Part shown: piece after piece, positions 1-12,437 of the stretch
Position numbering within the stretch: the first letter of the stretch is position 1
Layout of the letters: each line of letters opens with the position of its first letter
NCBI RefSeq assembly: GCF_000027125.1
Contig: NC_017626.1
Direction: 5' to 3' (one strand)
DNA from: Escherichia coli 042
Lineage (GTDB): Bacteria > Pseudomonadota > Gammaproteobacteria > Enterobacterales > Enterobacteriaceae
DNA: 64,000 nt
The notes under the pieces: model-generated
What the model saw: the letters and a program-made list of their open reading frames with translations, nothing else
Told to the model about the DNA's origin: nothing
Database searches by the model: none
Program-made: the position numbers and the translations under genes

Positions 1-629
1 GTTCCATTGCTGCCGCTGACAACAGCGTCGCGCTGGGTACAGGCTCCGTGGCCAACGAAGAAAATACCATCTCTGTGGGTTCTTCTACCAACCAGCGTCG
101 TATCACCAACGTTGCTGCAGGTGTTAATGCCACCGATGCGGTTAACGTTTCGCAGCTGAAGTCTTCTGAGGCAGGCGGCGTTCGTTACGACACCAAAGCT
201 GATGGCTCTGTAGACTACAGCAACATCACTCTCGGTGGTGGTAATGGCGGTACGACTCGCATCAGCAACGTCTCCGCTGGCGTGAACAACAACGACGCAG
301 TGAACTATGCGCAGCTGAAGCAAAGCGTGCAGGAAACGAAGCAATATACCGATCAGCGGATGGTTGAGATGGATAACAAACTGTCCAAAACCGAAAGCAA
401 GTTGAGCGGTGGTATCGCTTCTGCAATGGCAATGACCGGTCTGCCGCAGGCTTACACTCCAGGTGCCAGCATGGCCTCTATTGGTGGCGGTACTTACAAC
501 GGTGAATCGGCTGTTGCTTTAGGTGTGTCGATGGTGAGCGCCAATGGTCGTTGGGTCTACAAATTACAAGGTAGTACCAATAGCCAGGGTGAATACTCCG
601 CCGCACTCGGTGCCGGTATTCAGTGGTAA
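1..629 (+). CDS. Trimeric autotransporter adhesin, C-terminal part (5' end lies outside the window)
   Basis: Frame is open from base 3; YadA-like repeats ([20 protein letters not shown]), coiled stalk and a C-terminal anchor ending in W. Position upstream of lldP recalls UpaG/EhaG-type adhesins that K-12 lacks. Confidence 0.7.
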   Translation, partial: SIAAADNSVALGTGSVANEENTISVGSSTNQRRITNVAAGVNATDAVNVSQLKSSEAGGVRYDTKADGSVDYSNITLGGGNGGTTRISNVSAGVNNNDAVNYAQLKQSVQETKQYTDQRMVEMDNKLSKTESKLSGGIASAMAMTGLPQAYTPGASMASIGGGTYNGESAVALGVSMVSANGRWVYKLQGSTNSQGEYSAALGAGIQW

Positions 630-653
630 TGATCCATTAACTTAGTGTGACTA

Positions 654-689
654 AGGGCAATTCTCTGATGAGGATTGCCCTTTTCTTTG
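654..689 (+). terminator. Rho-independent terminator after the adhesin gene
   Basis: Inverted repeat AGGGCAAT...ATTGCCCT followed by a T-run. Confidence 0.6.
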
Positions 690-710
690 CCAGACATCTC
701 CCTCCACCAA

Positions 711-729
711 GAATTGGCCCTACCAATTC
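711..729. promoter_or_regulatory. Putative LldR operator O1 upstream of lldP
   Basis: Palindrome GAATTGG-CCCTA-CCAATTC; GntR/FadR-type operators are palindromes of this kind and the lldPRD promoter has two LldR sites. Confidence 0.5.
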
Positions 730-837
730 TTCGCTTATCTGACCTTTGGTTCACAAATCTCCAATTAAAACTCACATCGATGTTGCCAATGCATAACATT
801 TAGTTAACTATTCATTGTCATTATCCCTACACAACAC

Positions 838-854
838 AATTGGCAGTGCCACTT
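838..854. promoter_or_regulatory. Putative LldR operator O2
   Basis: Second AATTGGCAGTGCCACTT palindrome-like site just upstream of the lldP start. Confidence 0.4.
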
Positions 855-926
855 TTACACAACGTGTGACAAGGAGATGAGCATCAGACTCATTACACGA
901 TGTGCGTGGACTCCAGGAGACCTGCA

Positions 927-2582
927 ATGAATCTCTGGCAACAAAACTACGATCCCGCCGGGAATATCTGGCTTTCCAGTCTGATAGCATCGCTTCCCAT
1001 CCTGTTTTTCTTCTTTGCGCTGATTAAGCTCAAACTCAAAGGTTATGTCGCCGCCTCATGGACGGTGGCAATCGCCCTTGCCGTGGCTTTGCTGTTCTAT
1101 AAAATGCCGGCCGCTAACGCGCTGGCCTCGGTGATTTATGGCTTCTTCTACGGTTTGTGGCCCATCGCGTGGATCATTATTGCAGCGGTGTTCGTCTATA
1201 AGATCTCGGTGAAAACCGGGCAGTTTGACATCATCCGCTCGTCTATTCTTTCGATAACCCCTGACCAGCGACTGCAAATGCTGATCGTCGGTTTCTGTTT
1301 CGGCGCTTTCCTTGAGGGAGCCGCAGGCTTTGGCGCTCCGGTAGCAATTACCGCCGCATTACTGGTCGGTCTGGGCTTTAAACCGCTGTACGCCGCCGGA
1401 CTGTGCCTGATTGTTAACACCGCGCCAGTGGCATTTGGTGCGATGGGCATTCCGATTCTGGTCGCCGGGCAGGTAACAGGCATCGACAGCTTTGAGATTG
1501 GTCAGATGGTGGGGCGTCAGCTGCCGTTTATGACCATTATCGTGCTGTTCTGGATCATGGCGATTATGGACGGTTGGCGCGGAATCAAAGAAACGTGGCC
1601 TGCGGTCGTGGTTGCAGGTGGTTCGTTTGCCATTGCTCAATACCTCAGCTCTAACTTCATTGGGCCGGAGCTGCCGGACATTATCTCTTCACTGGTATCA
1701 CTGCTCTGCCTGACGCTGTTCCTCAAACGCTGGCAACCAGTGCGCGTATTCCGCTTCGGTGACTTAGGGGCGTCACAGGTTGATATGACGCTGGCTCACA
1801 CCGGTTACACCGCAGGTCAGGTGCTTCGCGCCTGGACACCGTTCCTGTTCCTGACCGCCACCGTAACGCTGTGGAGTATTCCACCGTTTAAAGCCCTGTT
1901 CGCTTCGGGTGGTGCGCTGTATGAATGGGTGATCAATATTCCGGTGCCGTACCTCGATAAACTGGTTGCCCGTATGCCGCCAGTGGTCAGCGAAGCGACA
2001 GCGTATGCCGCCGTGTTTAAGTTCGACTGGTTCTCTGCCACCGGTACCGCCATTCTTTTTGCTGCCCTGCTCTCGATTGTCTGGCTGAAGATGAAACCAT
2101 CTGACGCTATCAGCACCTTCGGCAGCACGCTGAAAGAACTGGCTCTGCCTATCTACTCCATCGGTATGGTGCTGGCGTTCGCCTTTATCTCGAACTATTC
2201 CGGACTGTCATCAACGCTGGCGCTGGCACTGGCGCACACCGGCCATGCATTCACCTTCTTCTCGCCGTTCCTCGGCTGGCTTGGTGTCTTCCTGACCGGA
2301 TCGGATACCTCATCTAACGCCCTGTTCGCCGCGCTGCAAGCCACTGCAGCACAACAAATTGGCGTTTCTGACCTGTTGTTGGTTGCCGCCAACACCACCG
2401 GTGGTGTCACCGGTAAGATGATCTCTCCGCAATCTATCGCTATCGCCTGTGCGGCGGTAGGCCTGGTAGGCAAAGAGTCAGATCTGTTCCGCTTTACCGT
2501 CAAACACAGCCTGATCTTCACCTGTATGGTGGGCGTGATCACCACGCTTCAGGCTTATGTCTTAACGTGGATGATTCCTTAA
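927..2582 (+). CDS. lldP: L-lactate permease
   Basis: Translation [18 protein letters not shown]..., 551 aa polytopic membrane protein; followed by lldR and lldD. Confidence 0.93.
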   Translation: MNLWQQNYDPAGNIWLSSLIASLPILFFFFALIKLKLKGYVAASWTVAIALAVALLFYKMPAANALASVIYGFFYGLWPIAWIIIAAVFVYKISVKTGQFDIIRSSILSITPDQRLQMLIVGFCFGAFLEGAAGFGAPVAITAALLVGLGFKPLYAAGLCLIVNTAPVAFGAMGIPILVAGQVTGIDSFEIGQMVGRQLPFMTIIVLFWIMAIMDGWRGIKETWPAVVVAGGSFAIAQYLSSNFIGPELPDIISSLVSLLCLTLFLKRWQPVRVFRFGDLGASQVDMTLAHTGYTAGQVLRAWTPFLFLTATVTLWSIPPFKALFASGGALYEWVINIPVPYLDKLVARMPPVVSEATAYAAVFKFDWFSATGTAILFAALLSIVWLKMKPSDAISTFGSTLKELALPIYSIGMVLAFAFISNYSGLSSTLALALAHTGHAFTFFSPFLGWLGVFLTGSDTSSNALFAALQATAAQQIGVSDLLLVAANTTGGVTGKMISPQSIAIACAAVGLVGKESDLFRFTVKHSLIFTCMVGVITTLQAYVLTWMIP

Positions 2583-3358
2583 TGATTGTTTTACCCAGAC
2601 GCCTGTCAGACGAGGTTGCCGATCGTGTGCGGGCGCTGATTGATGAAAAAAACCTGGAGGCGGGCATGAAGTTGCCCGCTGAACGTCAACTGGCGATGCA
2701 ACTCGGCGTATCGCGTAATTCACTGCGCGAGGCACTGGCAAAACTGGTGAGCGAAGGCGTGCTGCTTAGCCGACGCGGCGGCGGGACGTTTATTCGCTGG
2801 CGTCATGACACATGGTCGGAGCAAAACATCGTCCAGCCGCTGAAAACGCTGATGGCCGATGATCCGGATTACAGTTTCGATATTCTGGAAGCCCGCTACG
2901 CCATTGAAGCCAGCACCGCGTGGCATGCGGCAATGCGCGCCACACCTGGCGAAAAAGAGAAAATTCAGCTTTGCTTTGAAGCAACGCTAAGTGAAGACCC
3001 GGATCTCGCCTCACAAGCGGACGTTCGTTTTCATCTGGCGATTGCCGAAGCCTCACATAACATCGTGCTGCTGCAAACCATGCGCGGTTTCTTCGATGTC
3101 CTGCAATCCTCTGTGAAGCATAGCCGCCAGCGGATGTATCTGGTACCCCCGGTTTTTTCACAGCTGACCGAACAACATCAGGCAGTCATTGACGCCATTT
3201 TTGCCGGTGATGCTGACGGGGCGCGCAAAGCAATGATGGCGCACCTTAGCTTTGTTCACACTACCATGAAACGATTCGATGAAGATCAAGCTCGCCATGC
3301 ACGTATTACCCGCCTGCCTGGTGACCATAATGAGCATTCGAGGGAGAAAAACACATGA
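2582..3358 (+). CDS. lldR: GntR/FadR-family regulator of the L-lactate operon
   Basis: N-terminal GntR-type HTH ([22 protein letters not shown]); start overlaps the lldP stop. Confidence 0.92.
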
Positions 3359-4545
3359 TTATTTCCGCAGCCAGCGATTATCGCGCCGCAGCGCAACGCA
3401 TTCTGCCGCCGTTCCTGTTCCACTATATGGATGGGGGGGCATATTCTGAATACACGCTGCGCCGCAACGTGGAAGATTTGTCAGAAGTGGCGCTGCGCCA
3501 GCGTATTCTGAAAAACATGTCTGACTTAAGCCTGGAAACGACGCTGTTTAATGAGAAATTGTCGATGCCGGTGGCGCTGGCTCCGGTGGGTTTGTGTGGC
3601 ATGTATGCGCGTCGTGGCGAAGTTCAGGCTGCCAAAGCGGCGGATGCGCATGGTATTCCGTTTACTCTCTCGACGGTTTCCGTTTGCCCGATTGAAGAAG
3701 TCGCTCCAGCTATCAAACGTCCGATGTGGTTCCAGCTTTATGTGCTGCGCGATCGCGGCTTTATGCGTAACGCGCTGGAGCGAGCAAAAGCGGCAGGCTG
3801 CTCGACGCTGGTTTTCACCGTGGATATGCCGACACCGGGCGCGCGTTACCGTGATGCACACTCGGGTATGAGCGGCCCAAATGCGGCAATGCGCCGTTAC
3901 TTGCAGGCGGTGACGCATCCGCAATGGGCGTGGGATGTGGGCCTGAACGGTCGTCCACATGATTTAGGTAATATCTCGGCTTACCTCGGCAAACCGACCG
4001 GACTGGAAGATTACATCGGCTGGCTGGGGAATAACTTCGATCCGTCCATCTCATGGAAAGACCTTGAGTGGATCCGCGATTTCTGGGATGGCCCGATGGT
4101 GATCAAAGGGATCCTCGATCCGGAAGATGCGCGCGATGCAGTACGTTTTGGTGCTGATGGGATTGTGGTTTCTAACCACGGTGGCCGCCAGCTGGACGGT
4201 GTACTCTCTTCCGCTCGTGCATTGCCCGCTATTGCGGATGCCGTGAAAGGTGATATCGCCATTCTGGCAGATAGCGGGATTCGTAACGGGCTTGATGTCG
4301 TGCGTATGATTGCGCTCGGTGCCGACACCGTACTGCTGGGTCGTGCTTTCCTGTATGCGCTGGCAACAGCGGGCCAGGCGGGTGTAGCTAACCTGCTGAA
4401 TCTGATCGAAAAAGAGATGAAAGTGGCAATGACGCTGACTGGCGCGAAATCGATTAGCGAAATTACGCAAGATTCGCTGGTGCAAGGGCTGGGTAAAGAG
4501 TTGCCTGCGGCACTGGCTCCGATGGCGAAAGGGAATGCAGCTTAA
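3355..4545 (+). CDS. lldD: FMN-dependent L-lactate dehydrogenase
   Basis: 396 aa alpha-hydroxyacid oxidase-type sequence; operon context. Confidence 0.93.
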
Positions 4546-4592
4546 GGGTTAGATTAATATCTGCTATTCTGCCCCCGCACTAAGGGGGCAGT

Positions 4593-5066
4593 ATGCTAAA
4601 CATCGTACTTTACGAACCAGAAATTCCGCCAAATACTGGCAACATCATCCGTCTTTGCGCTAACACCGGCTTTCGTCTGCATATCATCGAACCGATGGGA
4701 TTTGCCTGGGACGATAAGCGCCTGCGCCGCGCGGGGTTGGACTATCACGAATTTACCGCCGTTACGCGTCATCATGACTATCGCGCGTTCCTCGAAGCAG
4801 AAAATCCCCAGCGCCTGTTTGCCCTCACCACGAAAGGTACGCCTGCTCACAGCGCCGTAAGCTATCAGGATGGCGATTATCTGGTGTTCGGCCCGGAAAC
4901 GCGCGGCCTGCCAGCAAGCATTCTTGATGCCCTGCCCGCTGAACAAAAAATTCGCATTCCAATGGTGCCGGACAGCCGCAGCATGAACCTGTCCAATGCG
5001 GTGTCGGTAGTGGTGTATGAAGCCTGGCGGCAGCTGGGATATCCGGGAGCGGTATTGAGAGATTAG
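4593..5066 (+). CDS. trmL: tRNA (Cm34/Um34) 2'-O-methyltransferase, SpoU/TrmH family
   Basis: 157 aa SPOUT-fold sequence ([26 protein letters not shown]...). Confidence 0.9.
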   Translation: MLNIVLYEPEIPPNTGNIIRLCANTGFRLHIIEPMGFAWDDKRLRRAGLDYHEFTAVTRHHDYRAFLEAENPQRLFALTTKGTPAHSAVSYQDGDYLVFGPETRGLPASILDALPAEQKIRIPMVPDSRSMNLSNAVSVVVYEAWRQLGYPGAVLRD

Positions 5067-5074
5067 TTACTGTA

Positions 5075-5105
5075 TGCCGGATAGATGATTACATCGCATC
5101 CGGCA
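5075..5105. terminator. Hairpin between convergent trmL and cysE
   Basis: Inverted repeat TGCCGGAT...ATCCGGCA. Confidence 0.5.
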
Positions 5106-5118
5106 CAATCACAGGACG

Positions 5119-5940
5119 TCAGATCCCATCACCATACTCAAACGTATGGTTAATACCGTTAAAATGCTGATCCATATCCATTGACGGTTTATCGCTATCC
5201 GGCTTGCCGACAATGCGTGCCGGAACGCCAGCGGCGGTGGTATGCGGCGGCACCGGTTGCAGCACCACGGAACCTGCGCCAATCTTCGCGCCGCGCCCAA
5301 CTTCAATATTGCCGAGGATTTTCGCGCCCGCGCCAATCATCACACCTTCACGAATTTTCGGATGACGGTCGCCACCAGATTTACCCGTACCGCCAAGCGT
5401 CACAGATTGCAGAATCGATACGTCGTTTTCAATCACCGCCGTTTCACCGACGACGATGCCCGTCGCATGGTCAAGCATGATACCGCGGCCAATTTTTGCT
5501 GCCGGGTGAATATCAACCTGGAACGTCACAGAAACCTGGTTTTGCAGAAAGATTGCCAGTGCGCGGCGGCCCTGATTCCACAGCCAGTGACCGATACGAT
5601 AGGCCTGCAAGGCATGAAAACCTTTCAGATATAACAATGGCGTCGAATATTTATCGACTGCCGGGTCGCGGGTACGCACCGCCTGAATATCACAGGCCGC
5701 AGAGGCGATCATTTCCGGGTCGGCGGCGTAGGCTTCTTCCACCACTTCGCGGATAGCAATGGCAGGCATAATTGGCGATGACAGCTTGTTCGCCAGCATG
5801 TAGCTCAGTGCACTGCCCAGGTTTTCGTGCTTGAGTAGCGTCGCGTGGTAAAAACTGGCCAGCATTGGCTCACAGTCCGCCAGCGTTCTGGCTTCAGCTT
5901 TAATATTGTTCCAGACAATTTCCAGTTCTTCACACGACAT
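5119..5940 (-). CDS. cysE: Serine O-acetyltransferase
   Basis: 273 aa; hexapeptide-repeat acetyltransferase with N-terminal MSCEELEIVWNNIKAEAR. Confidence 0.93.
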   Translation of the reverse strand: MSCEELEIVWNNIKAEARTLADCEPMLASFYHATLLKHENLGSALSYMLANKLSSPIMPAIAIREVVEEAYAADPEMIASAACDIQAVRTRDPAVDKYSTPLLYLKGFHALQAYRIGHWLWNQGRRALAIFLQNQVSVTFQVDIHPAAKIGRGIMLDHATGIVVGETAVIENDVSILQSVTLGGTGKSGGDRHPKIREGVMIGAGAKILGNIEVGRGAKIGAGSVVLQPVPPHTTAAGVPARIVGKPDSDKPSMDMDQHFNGINHTFEYGDGI

Positions 5941-6018
5941 TGCTTACTCCACACGATGAGATAATGACCGGCCCGTTCTGCGCGGGCCGGGTCATAGCGG
6001 TAACAAAGTTCCCTGGGA

Positions 6019-7038
6019 TTAGTGGCTGCTGCGCTCGTCCTTGCGTGCACGACCTAATAACGTCAATGCTGCCTCGCGCGCGTTTTTTCCGCAATATAAT
6101 ACTTGATAAATTTCCTCGGTTATTGGCATTTCAACGCCGAAGCGATGCGCCAGTTCGCGGACTTCTTTCGTATTGCGGTAGCCTTCAACCACCTGACCAA
6201 TCTTCTCCTGCGCGCTTTGTACATCCATGCCCTGACCGAGCATCATGCCAAAACGGCGGTTACGCGACTGGTTGTCGGTACAGGTCAGCACCAAATCGCC
6301 CAGCCCCGCCATGCCCATAAAGGTGGCAGGATCGGCACCCAGCGCCGCACCAAGACGCGACATTTCAGCCAGCCCACGGGTGATCAGCGCCGTACGCGCA
6401 TTCGCACCAAAACCGATACCGTCGGACATCCCCGCGCCAATGGCGATGACGTTTTTCACCGCGCCGCCAAGCTGCACGCCAATGAAATCCGGGTTGCTAT
6501 AAACGCGGAAACTTTTGCCGCAGTGCAGCAGCTGCTGGAGATCATCGGCAAAGGTCTGGTCGGTCGAGGCCAGCGAAATAGCCGTCGGTAAACCTGCCGC
6601 CAGTTCTTTCGCAAACGTTGGGCCAGAGATAACCGCCAGCGGAATTTGATCGCCTAACGCCTCGCGGGCCACGTCCTGCAACAGACGCCCGGTTTCCGCT
6701 TCCAGCCCTTTGGTCGCCCACACCAGACGCGCATCAGGACGCATCAGCGGTTTAATCTGACGCAGCACTTCACCAAAGACATGGCTGGGTACGACGACGA
6801 GAATATTACGGCTGGCTGCCAGCGCAGTGGCGAGATCGCTTTCAAGATGGAGCGTATTGGGAAAAGGCACATCGGGGAGAAACGCGGCGTTACAGCGGTC
6901 GCGTTCAAGCGTTGCGATATGTTCAGGGTCATGGCCCCAGAGGACAACCTCGTGGCCATTTCTTGCCAGGGTGATGGCAAGAGCGGTGCCGTACGAGCCG
7001 GCACCGATCACAGTCATTGAAGCATTACGTTGGTTCAT
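6019..7038 (-). CDS. gpsA: NAD(P)H-dependent glycerol-3-phosphate dehydrogenase
   Basis: 339 aa; Rossmann motif [12 protein letters not shown]; cysE-gpsA-secB-grxC context. Confidence 0.93.
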   Translation of the reverse strand: MNQRNASMTVIGAGSYGTALAITLARNGHEVVLWGHDPEHIATLERDRCNAAFLPDVPFPNTLHLESDLATALAASRNILVVVPSHVFGEVLRQIKPLMRPDARLVWATKGLEAETGRLLQDVAREALGDQIPLAVISGPTFAKELAAGLPTAISLASTDQTFADDLQQLLHCGKSFRVYSNPDFIGVQLGGAVKNVIAIGAGMSDGIGFGANARTALITRGLAEMSRLGAALGADPATFMGMAGLGDLVLTCTDNQSRNRRFGMMLGQGMDVQSAQEKIGQVVEGYRNTKEVRELAHRFGVEMPITEEIYQVLYCGKNAREAALTLLGRARKDERSSH

Positions 7039-7505
7039 CAGGCATCCTGATGTTCTTCAGTACCTTCGCCAGCCTGCTGCTGCAAATAGTTCATGAACAG
7101 CGCATCGAAGTTAACCGGCGCAAGGTTCAGTTGCGGGAATGTACCGCGGGATACCATGCTGGTGATGCACTCACGAGCATACGGGAACAGAATGTTCGGG
7201 CAGTATGCACCCAGGCAATGTGCCATCTGGGTGCCTTCGATACCCGCGATGGAGAAAATACCGCCCTGCTGAACTTCACACAGGAACGCGGTTTCTTCGC
7301 CCAGGGAGGCCGTTACGGTAACACGCAGTACCACTTCGTAAACGTCATCTGCCAGTTGAGAAGATGCCGTATCCAGATCAAGTTTAACTTCTGGCTGCCA
7401 ATCTTTCTGGAAAACGTGCGGCGCGTTCGGCGCTTCGAAAGAAATATCCTTGGTATAAATACGTTGGATCTGGAAAGTCATTTCGGTGTTGTTTTGTTCT
7501 GACAT
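7038..7505 (-). CDS. secB: Protein-export chaperone SecB
   Basis: 155 aa, [29 protein letters not shown]... Confidence 0.94.
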
Positions 7506-7567
7506 GTGTAGAAAACCCTTAAGTGTTGTCCTTAAATACTGCGCAATGTAATGCCAACGTTCACACG

Positions 7568-7819
7568 TTATTTCAGCAGGGGATCCAGTCCACCACGTGC
7601 ATCCAATGCATACAAGTCATCACAGCCGCCAATGTGCTGTGCGTCAATAAAAATCTGGGGAACCGTGGTGCGCCCGCTGCGTTTGATCATCTCTTCACGC
7701 TTAGCGGCGTTGCCATCGATCGGCAACTCCTGAAAACTCACGCCCTTGCTGCTCAGCAGTGCTTTCGCACGATGGCAATACGGGCAGGTTTCTTTGGTAT
7801 AGATTTCAACATTGGCCAT
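7568..7819 (-). CDS. grxC: Glutaredoxin 3
   Basis: 83 aa with CPYC active site ([19 protein letters not shown]). Confidence 0.93.
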
Positions 7820-7960
7820 AACTTAGCTCCTGTTTTTTTACCCTGAAATTTCATGTTGCAGGGCGGCTGCAAAATGGAGTGTCCCCAGAAGCTTATAACA
7901 ATAAGTCGCTGGGGGCCTAATTGCAGCTAACGGCCTGCATCATGAAAGACGACAGGTAAA

Positions 7961-8392
7961 TTATTTGCCGCGCACCAGAGGTAAGTTTTCGCCAGCCCAG
8001 CCAGCAACGCCCTCTTTCAGCACGAATACTTGCGCAAAACCAGCTTTCGTCAGCGCGTTTGCAGGCTCCTGGCACTGCATGCCAGAACCGTCTACCACGA
8101 TAACCGGTTTGTCTTTGTGCTTCTCAAGCTCACCAACATTGTTGGCTTTGATTTCGCTCGGCAACAGGTTGATAGAACCTGCGATATGGCCTTTACGGAA
8201 GTCATCACGCTGACGTAAATCCACAACCACAGCGTCTTCTTTGTTGATCAGACGCGTAGCTTCACCACGAGTAATCACCTTCACTTTCGAGGTCAGGCTC
8301 TTAAACGTAGTCACAAGAACCGCCACCAGTAACGCGATCCAGGCGATACTCAGTATGGGATGACGGCCAACAAATTGCATAATTTCTTGCAT
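7961..8392 (-). CDS. yibN: Rhodanese-domain inner membrane protein
   Basis: N-terminal TM helix then rhodanese fold; start taken at MQEIMQF (143 aa). Confidence 0.85.
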
Positions 8393-8636
8393 GGGGGGTA
8401 ACAACTCCCGACGTAGTGATTAAAAAAACCAGGAAAGGAGTATACCTGCGCGGTGCGGCAAATACAGCCAGCGCGTTAACTGGAATGCAATTTTGCGGGG
8501 CGCGACGAAAAAAAAGCGCAAATCTGGCATCGGCTTGCCGCGAGCGGTCGTATATTTTGATCTTCAGAGGCTATTTTATCGATTCAGCTGTAGTAAAATT
8601 ACGCAAATTTTGACTCTTGAGTATGAGGTTGTCGCA

Positions 8637-10181
8637 ATGTCGGTTTCTAAAAAACCTATGGTACTGGTGATTCTGGATGGCTATGGCTATCGTGAAGAAC
8701 AGCAGGATAACGCCATTTTTAGTGCTAAAACCCCGGTAATGGATGCACTGTGGGCCAATCGTCCGCATACCCTGATCGACGCTTCCGGTCTGGAAGTTGG
8801 TCTGCCTGACCGTCAGATGGGTAACTCCGAAGTAGGTCACGTTAACCTGGGTGCCGGCCGCATCGTGTATCAGGACCTGACTCGTCTGGACGTTGAAATC
8901 AAAGATCGCGCTTTCTTCGCTAACCCGGTACTGACTGGCGCGGTAGATAAAGCGAAAAACGCAGGCAAAGCAGTTCACATTATGGGCCTGCTGTCCGCAG
9001 GCGGCGTACACAGCCACGAAGATCACATCATGGCGATGGTAGAACTGGCCGCTGAACGCGGCGCAGAAAAAATCTACCTGCACGCATTCCTTGACGGTCG
9101 CGACACTCCACCGCGCAGTGCTGAATCCTCGCTGAAAAAATTCGAAGAAAAATTTGCCGCGCTGGGCAAAGGCCGCGTAGCGTCCATCATTGGTCGTTAC
9201 TACGCCATGGACCGCGATAACCGTTGGGATCGCGTTGAAAAAGCTTATGACCTGCTAACTCTGGCGCAGGGTGAGTTCCAGGCCGACACCGCCGTTGCTG
9301 GTTTGCAGGCAGCTTATGCTCGCGACGAAAACGACGAATTCGTGAAAGCGACCGTTATTCGTGCAGAAGGTCAGCCAGACGCGGCAATGGAAGACGGCGA
9401 TGCGCTGATTTTCATGAACTTCCGTGCTGACCGCGCGCGTGAAATCACTCGTGCATTCGTGAACGCAGATTTCGATGGCTTCGCGCGTAAGAAAGTGGTT
9501 AACGTCGATTTCGTGATGCTGACCGAATACGCCGCTGACATCAAAACTGCGGTTGCTTACCCACCAGCGTCCCTGGTTAACACCTTCGGCGAGTGGATGG
9601 CGAAAAACGACAAAACTCAGTTGCGTATTTCCGAAACCGAAAAATATGCCCACGTTACTTTCTTCTTCAACGGTGGCGTAGAAGAGTCGTTCAAAGGCGA
9701 AGATCGCATTCTGATCAACTCACCGAAAGTGGCTACCTACGATCTGCAACCGGAAATGAGCTCCGCAGAGCTGACCGAAAAACTGGTTGCGGCAATCAAG
9801 AGCGGCAAATACGACACCATTATCTGTAACTATCCGAACGGCGACATGGTAGGTCACACCGGGGTGATGGAAGCGGCGGTTAAAGCGGTTGAAGCGCTGG
9901 ATCACTGCGTGGAAGAAGTCGCGAAAGCGGTTGAGTCCGTGGGTGGACAACTGCTGATCACCGCTGACCACGGTAACGCTGAACAGATGCGCGATCCGGC
10001 AACGGGTCAGGCACACACGGCACACACCAACCTGCCAGTTCCGCTGATTTACGTTGGTGATAAGAACGTGAAAGCGGTTGAAGGCGGCAAACTTTCTGAC
10101 ATCGCGCCGACCATGTTGTCGCTGATGGGTATGGAAATCCCGCAAGAGATGACTGGTAAGCCGCTGTTCATCGTGGAATAA
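8637..10181 (+). CDS. gpmM: 2,3-bisphosphoglycerate-independent phosphoglycerate mutase
   Basis: 514 aa from [20 protein letters not shown]; the longer ORF in the track starts upstream in frame. Confidence 0.93.
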   Translation: MSVSKKPMVLVILDGYGYREEQQDNAIFSAKTPVMDALWANRPHTLIDASGLEVGLPDRQMGNSEVGHVNLGAGRIVYQDLTRLDVEIKDRAFFANPVLTGAVDKAKNAGKAVHIMGLLSAGGVHSHEDHIMAMVELAAERGAEKIYLHAFLDGRDTPPRSAESSLKKFEEKFAALGKGRVASIIGRYYAMDRDNRWDRVEKAYDLLTLAQGEFQADTAVAGLQAAYARDENDEFVKATVIRAEGQPDAAMEDGDALIFMNFRADRAREITRAFVNADFDGFARKKVVNVDFVMLTEYAADIKTAVAYPPASLVNTFGEWMAKNDKTQLRISETEKYAHVTFFFNGGVEESFKGEDRILINSPKVATYDLQPEMSSAELTEKLVAAIKSGKYDTIICNYPNGDMVGHTGVMEAAVKAVEALDHCVEEVAKAVESVGGQLLITADHGNAEQMRDPATGQAHTAHTNLPVPLIYVGDKNVKAVEGGKLSDIAPTMLSLMGMEIPQEMTGKPLFIVE

Positions 10182-10214
10182 TCCCTCCCCATGAGGGGAA
10201 AGGCGATTAATACC

Positions 10215-11474
10215 ATGACACGGGCCGTGAAACCGCGCAGGTTTGCAATCAGGCCCATCATCTACGCCAGCGTTCTTAGCGCTGGCGTATTGTTGTGCGC
10301 CTTTTCCGCCCACGCGGATGAGCGTGACCAACTCAAATCTATTCAGGCCGATATCGCCGCGAAAGAGCGCGCGGTACGCCAAAAGCAACAACAACGCTCC
10401 AGCCTGCTTGCTCAGTTGAAAAAGCAGGAAGAAGCGATCTCGGAAGCCACCCGTAAGCTGCGCGAAACGCAAAACACGCTCAATCAACTGAATAAACAGA
10501 TTGATGAGATGAACGCGTCGATTGCCAAACTGGAGCAGCAAAAAGCCGCCCAGGAGCGCAGCCTCGCCGCACAACTGGATGCCGCATTCCGTCAGGGCGA
10601 GCATACCGGTATTCAGCTGATTCTCAGCGGTGAAGAAAGCCAGCGTGGACAGCGTTTACAGGCTTATTTCGGCTATCTCAACCAGGCGCGACAAGAAACC
10701 ATTGCTCAGTTGAAACAAACGCGTGAAGAAGTCGCTATGCAACGCGCCGAGCTGGAAGAGAAACAGAGCGAGCAACAAACGCTGTTGTATGAGCAGCGCG
10801 CCCAACAGGCGAAGCTGACCCAGGCGCTGAACGAGCGTAAAAAGACGCTGGCAGGGCTGGAGTCTTCCATCCAGCAAGGTCAGCAACAGTTGAGCGAGCT
10901 GCGCGCCAACGAATCCCGTCTGCGTAACAGCATTGCCCGTGCGGAAGCCGCGGCGAAAGCGCGTGCTGAACGAGAAGCGCGTGAGGCCCAGGCGGTTCGC
11001 GACCGCCAGAAAGAAGCGACGCGCAAAGGCACCACCTACAAACCGACCGAAAGCGAAAAATCGCTGATGTCCCGAACTGGTGGCCTGGGTGCGCCGCGTG
11101 GTCAGGCATTCTGGCCAGTTCGCGGGCCGACGCTGCATCGCTATGGCGAGCAGCTACAGGGTGAATTACGCTGGAAAGGAATGGTTATCGGTGCCTCTGA
11201 AGGTACTGAAGTTAAAGCAATTGCCGACGGTCGGGTGATTCTGGCTGACTGGCTGCAAGGCTACGGTCTGGTGGTGGTGGTTGAGCATGGTAAAGGCGAC
11301 ATGAGTCTTTACGGCTATAATCAGAGCGCACTGGTGAGCGTTGGTTCGCAGGTTCGCGCGGGCCAGCCGATTGCACTGGTGGGCAGCAGTGGCGGTCAGG
11401 GTCGGCCTTCACTCTATTTCGAAATTCGCCGCCAGGGTCAGGCGGTCAATCCACAGCCGTGGTTGGGAAGATAA
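10215..11474 (+). CDS. envC: Murein hydrolase activator EnvC
   Basis: Signal peptide, long coiled coil, C-terminal LytM/M23-like domain; start taken at MTRAVKPRRF (419 aa). Confidence 0.9.
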   Translation: MTRAVKPRRFAIRPIIYASVLSAGVLLCAFSAHADERDQLKSIQADIAAKERAVRQKQQQRSSLLAQLKKQEEAISEATRKLRETQNTLNQLNKQIDEMNASIAKLEQQKAAQERSLAAQLDAAFRQGEHTGIQLILSGEESQRGQRLQAYFGYLNQARQETIAQLKQTREEVAMQRAELEEKQSEQQTLLYEQRAQQAKLTQALNERKKTLAGLESSIQQGQQQLSELRANESRLRNSIARAEAAAKARAEREAREAQAVRDRQKEATRKGTTYKPTESEKSLMSRTGGLGAPRGQAFWPVRGPTLHRYGEQLQGELRWKGMVIGASEGTEVKAIADGRVILADWLQGYGLVVVVEHGKGDMSLYGYNQSALVSVGSQVRAGQPIALVGSSGGQGRPSLYFEIRRQGQAVNPQPWLGR

Positions 11475-11477
11475 GTT

Positions 11478-12437
11478 TTGTTTCCATTTCGTCGTAACGT
11501 TCTTGCATTTGCCGCTCTGTTGGCGCTCTCCTCCCCCGTAATTGCTGGCAAGCTTGCCATCGTCATTGATGATTTTGGGTATCGCCCGCACAACGAAAAC
11601 CAGGTGCTGGCGATGCCTTCCGCTATATCCGTCGCTGTATTACCCGATTCACCGCACGCCAGAGAGATGGCGACCAAAGCGCATAACAGCGGTCACGAAG
11701 TGTTGATTCATCTACCGATGGCACCACTGAGTAAACAGCCGCTGGAGAAAAATACGCTACGCCCGGAGATGAGCAGCGACGAAATTGAGCGCATTATTCG
11801 TAGTGCGGTCAATAACGTGCCCTATGCCGTGGGGATCAACAACCACATGGGCAGCAAGATGACCTCTAACCTGTTTGGTATGCAGAAAGTGATGCAGGCG
11901 CTGGAGCGTTACAATCTTTACTTCCTCGACAGCGTAACCATCGGTAATACCCAGGCGATGCGCGCAGCGCAAGGCACTGGCGTGAAGGTGATCAAACGGA
12001 AAGTGTTCCTCGACGATTCGCAAAATGAAGCGGACATCCGTGTGCAATTCAATCGCGCAATTGACCTGGCACGTCGCAACGGTTCGACCATTGCCATTGG
12101 GCATCCTCACCCTTCCACGGTACGCGTGTTACAACAGATGGTTTATAACCTGCCGCCAGACATTACGCTGGTGAAAGCCAGCAGCTTGCTGAATGAACCG
12201 CAGGTTGATACGTCTACACCGCCGAAAAACACTGTGCCCGACACACCGCGTAATCCGTTCCGTGGCGTGAAGCTCTGCAAACCGAAGAAACCGCTGGAAC
12301 CTGTTTATGCTAATCGCTTCTTTGAAGTATTAAGCGAAAGCATCAGCCAGAGCACGCTGATCGTTTACTTCCAGCATCAGTGGCAAGGCTGGGGCAAACA
12401 GCCTGAAGCGGCGAAGCTTAACGCTAGCGTAAATTAA
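11478..12437 (+). CDS. yibQ: Divergent polysaccharide deacetylase family protein
   Basis: 319 aa with signal peptide; directly follows envC. Confidence 0.85.
   Translation: MFPFRRNVLAFAALLALSSPVIAGKLAIVIDDFGYRPHNENQVLAMPSAISVAVLPDSPHAREMATKAHNSGHEVLIHLPMAPLSKQPLEKNTLRPEMSSDEIERIIRSAVNNVPYAVGINNHMGSKMTSNLFGMQKVMQALERYNLYFLDSVTIGNTQAMRAAQGTGVKVIKRKVFLDDSQNEADIRVQFNRAIDLARRNGSTIAIGHPHPSTVRVLQQMVYNLPPDITLVKASSLLNEPQVDTSTPPKNTVPDTPRNPFRGVKLCKPKKPLEPVYANRFFEVLSESISQSTLIVYFQHQWQGWGKQPEAAKLNASVN

Noticed and set aside
9720-10604. 294-aa minus-strand ORF antisense to gpmM and envC
   Set aside because: Lies entirely within well-supported plus-strand genes and its translation is low-complexity with no motifs; a shadow ORF in GC-rich coding sequence.
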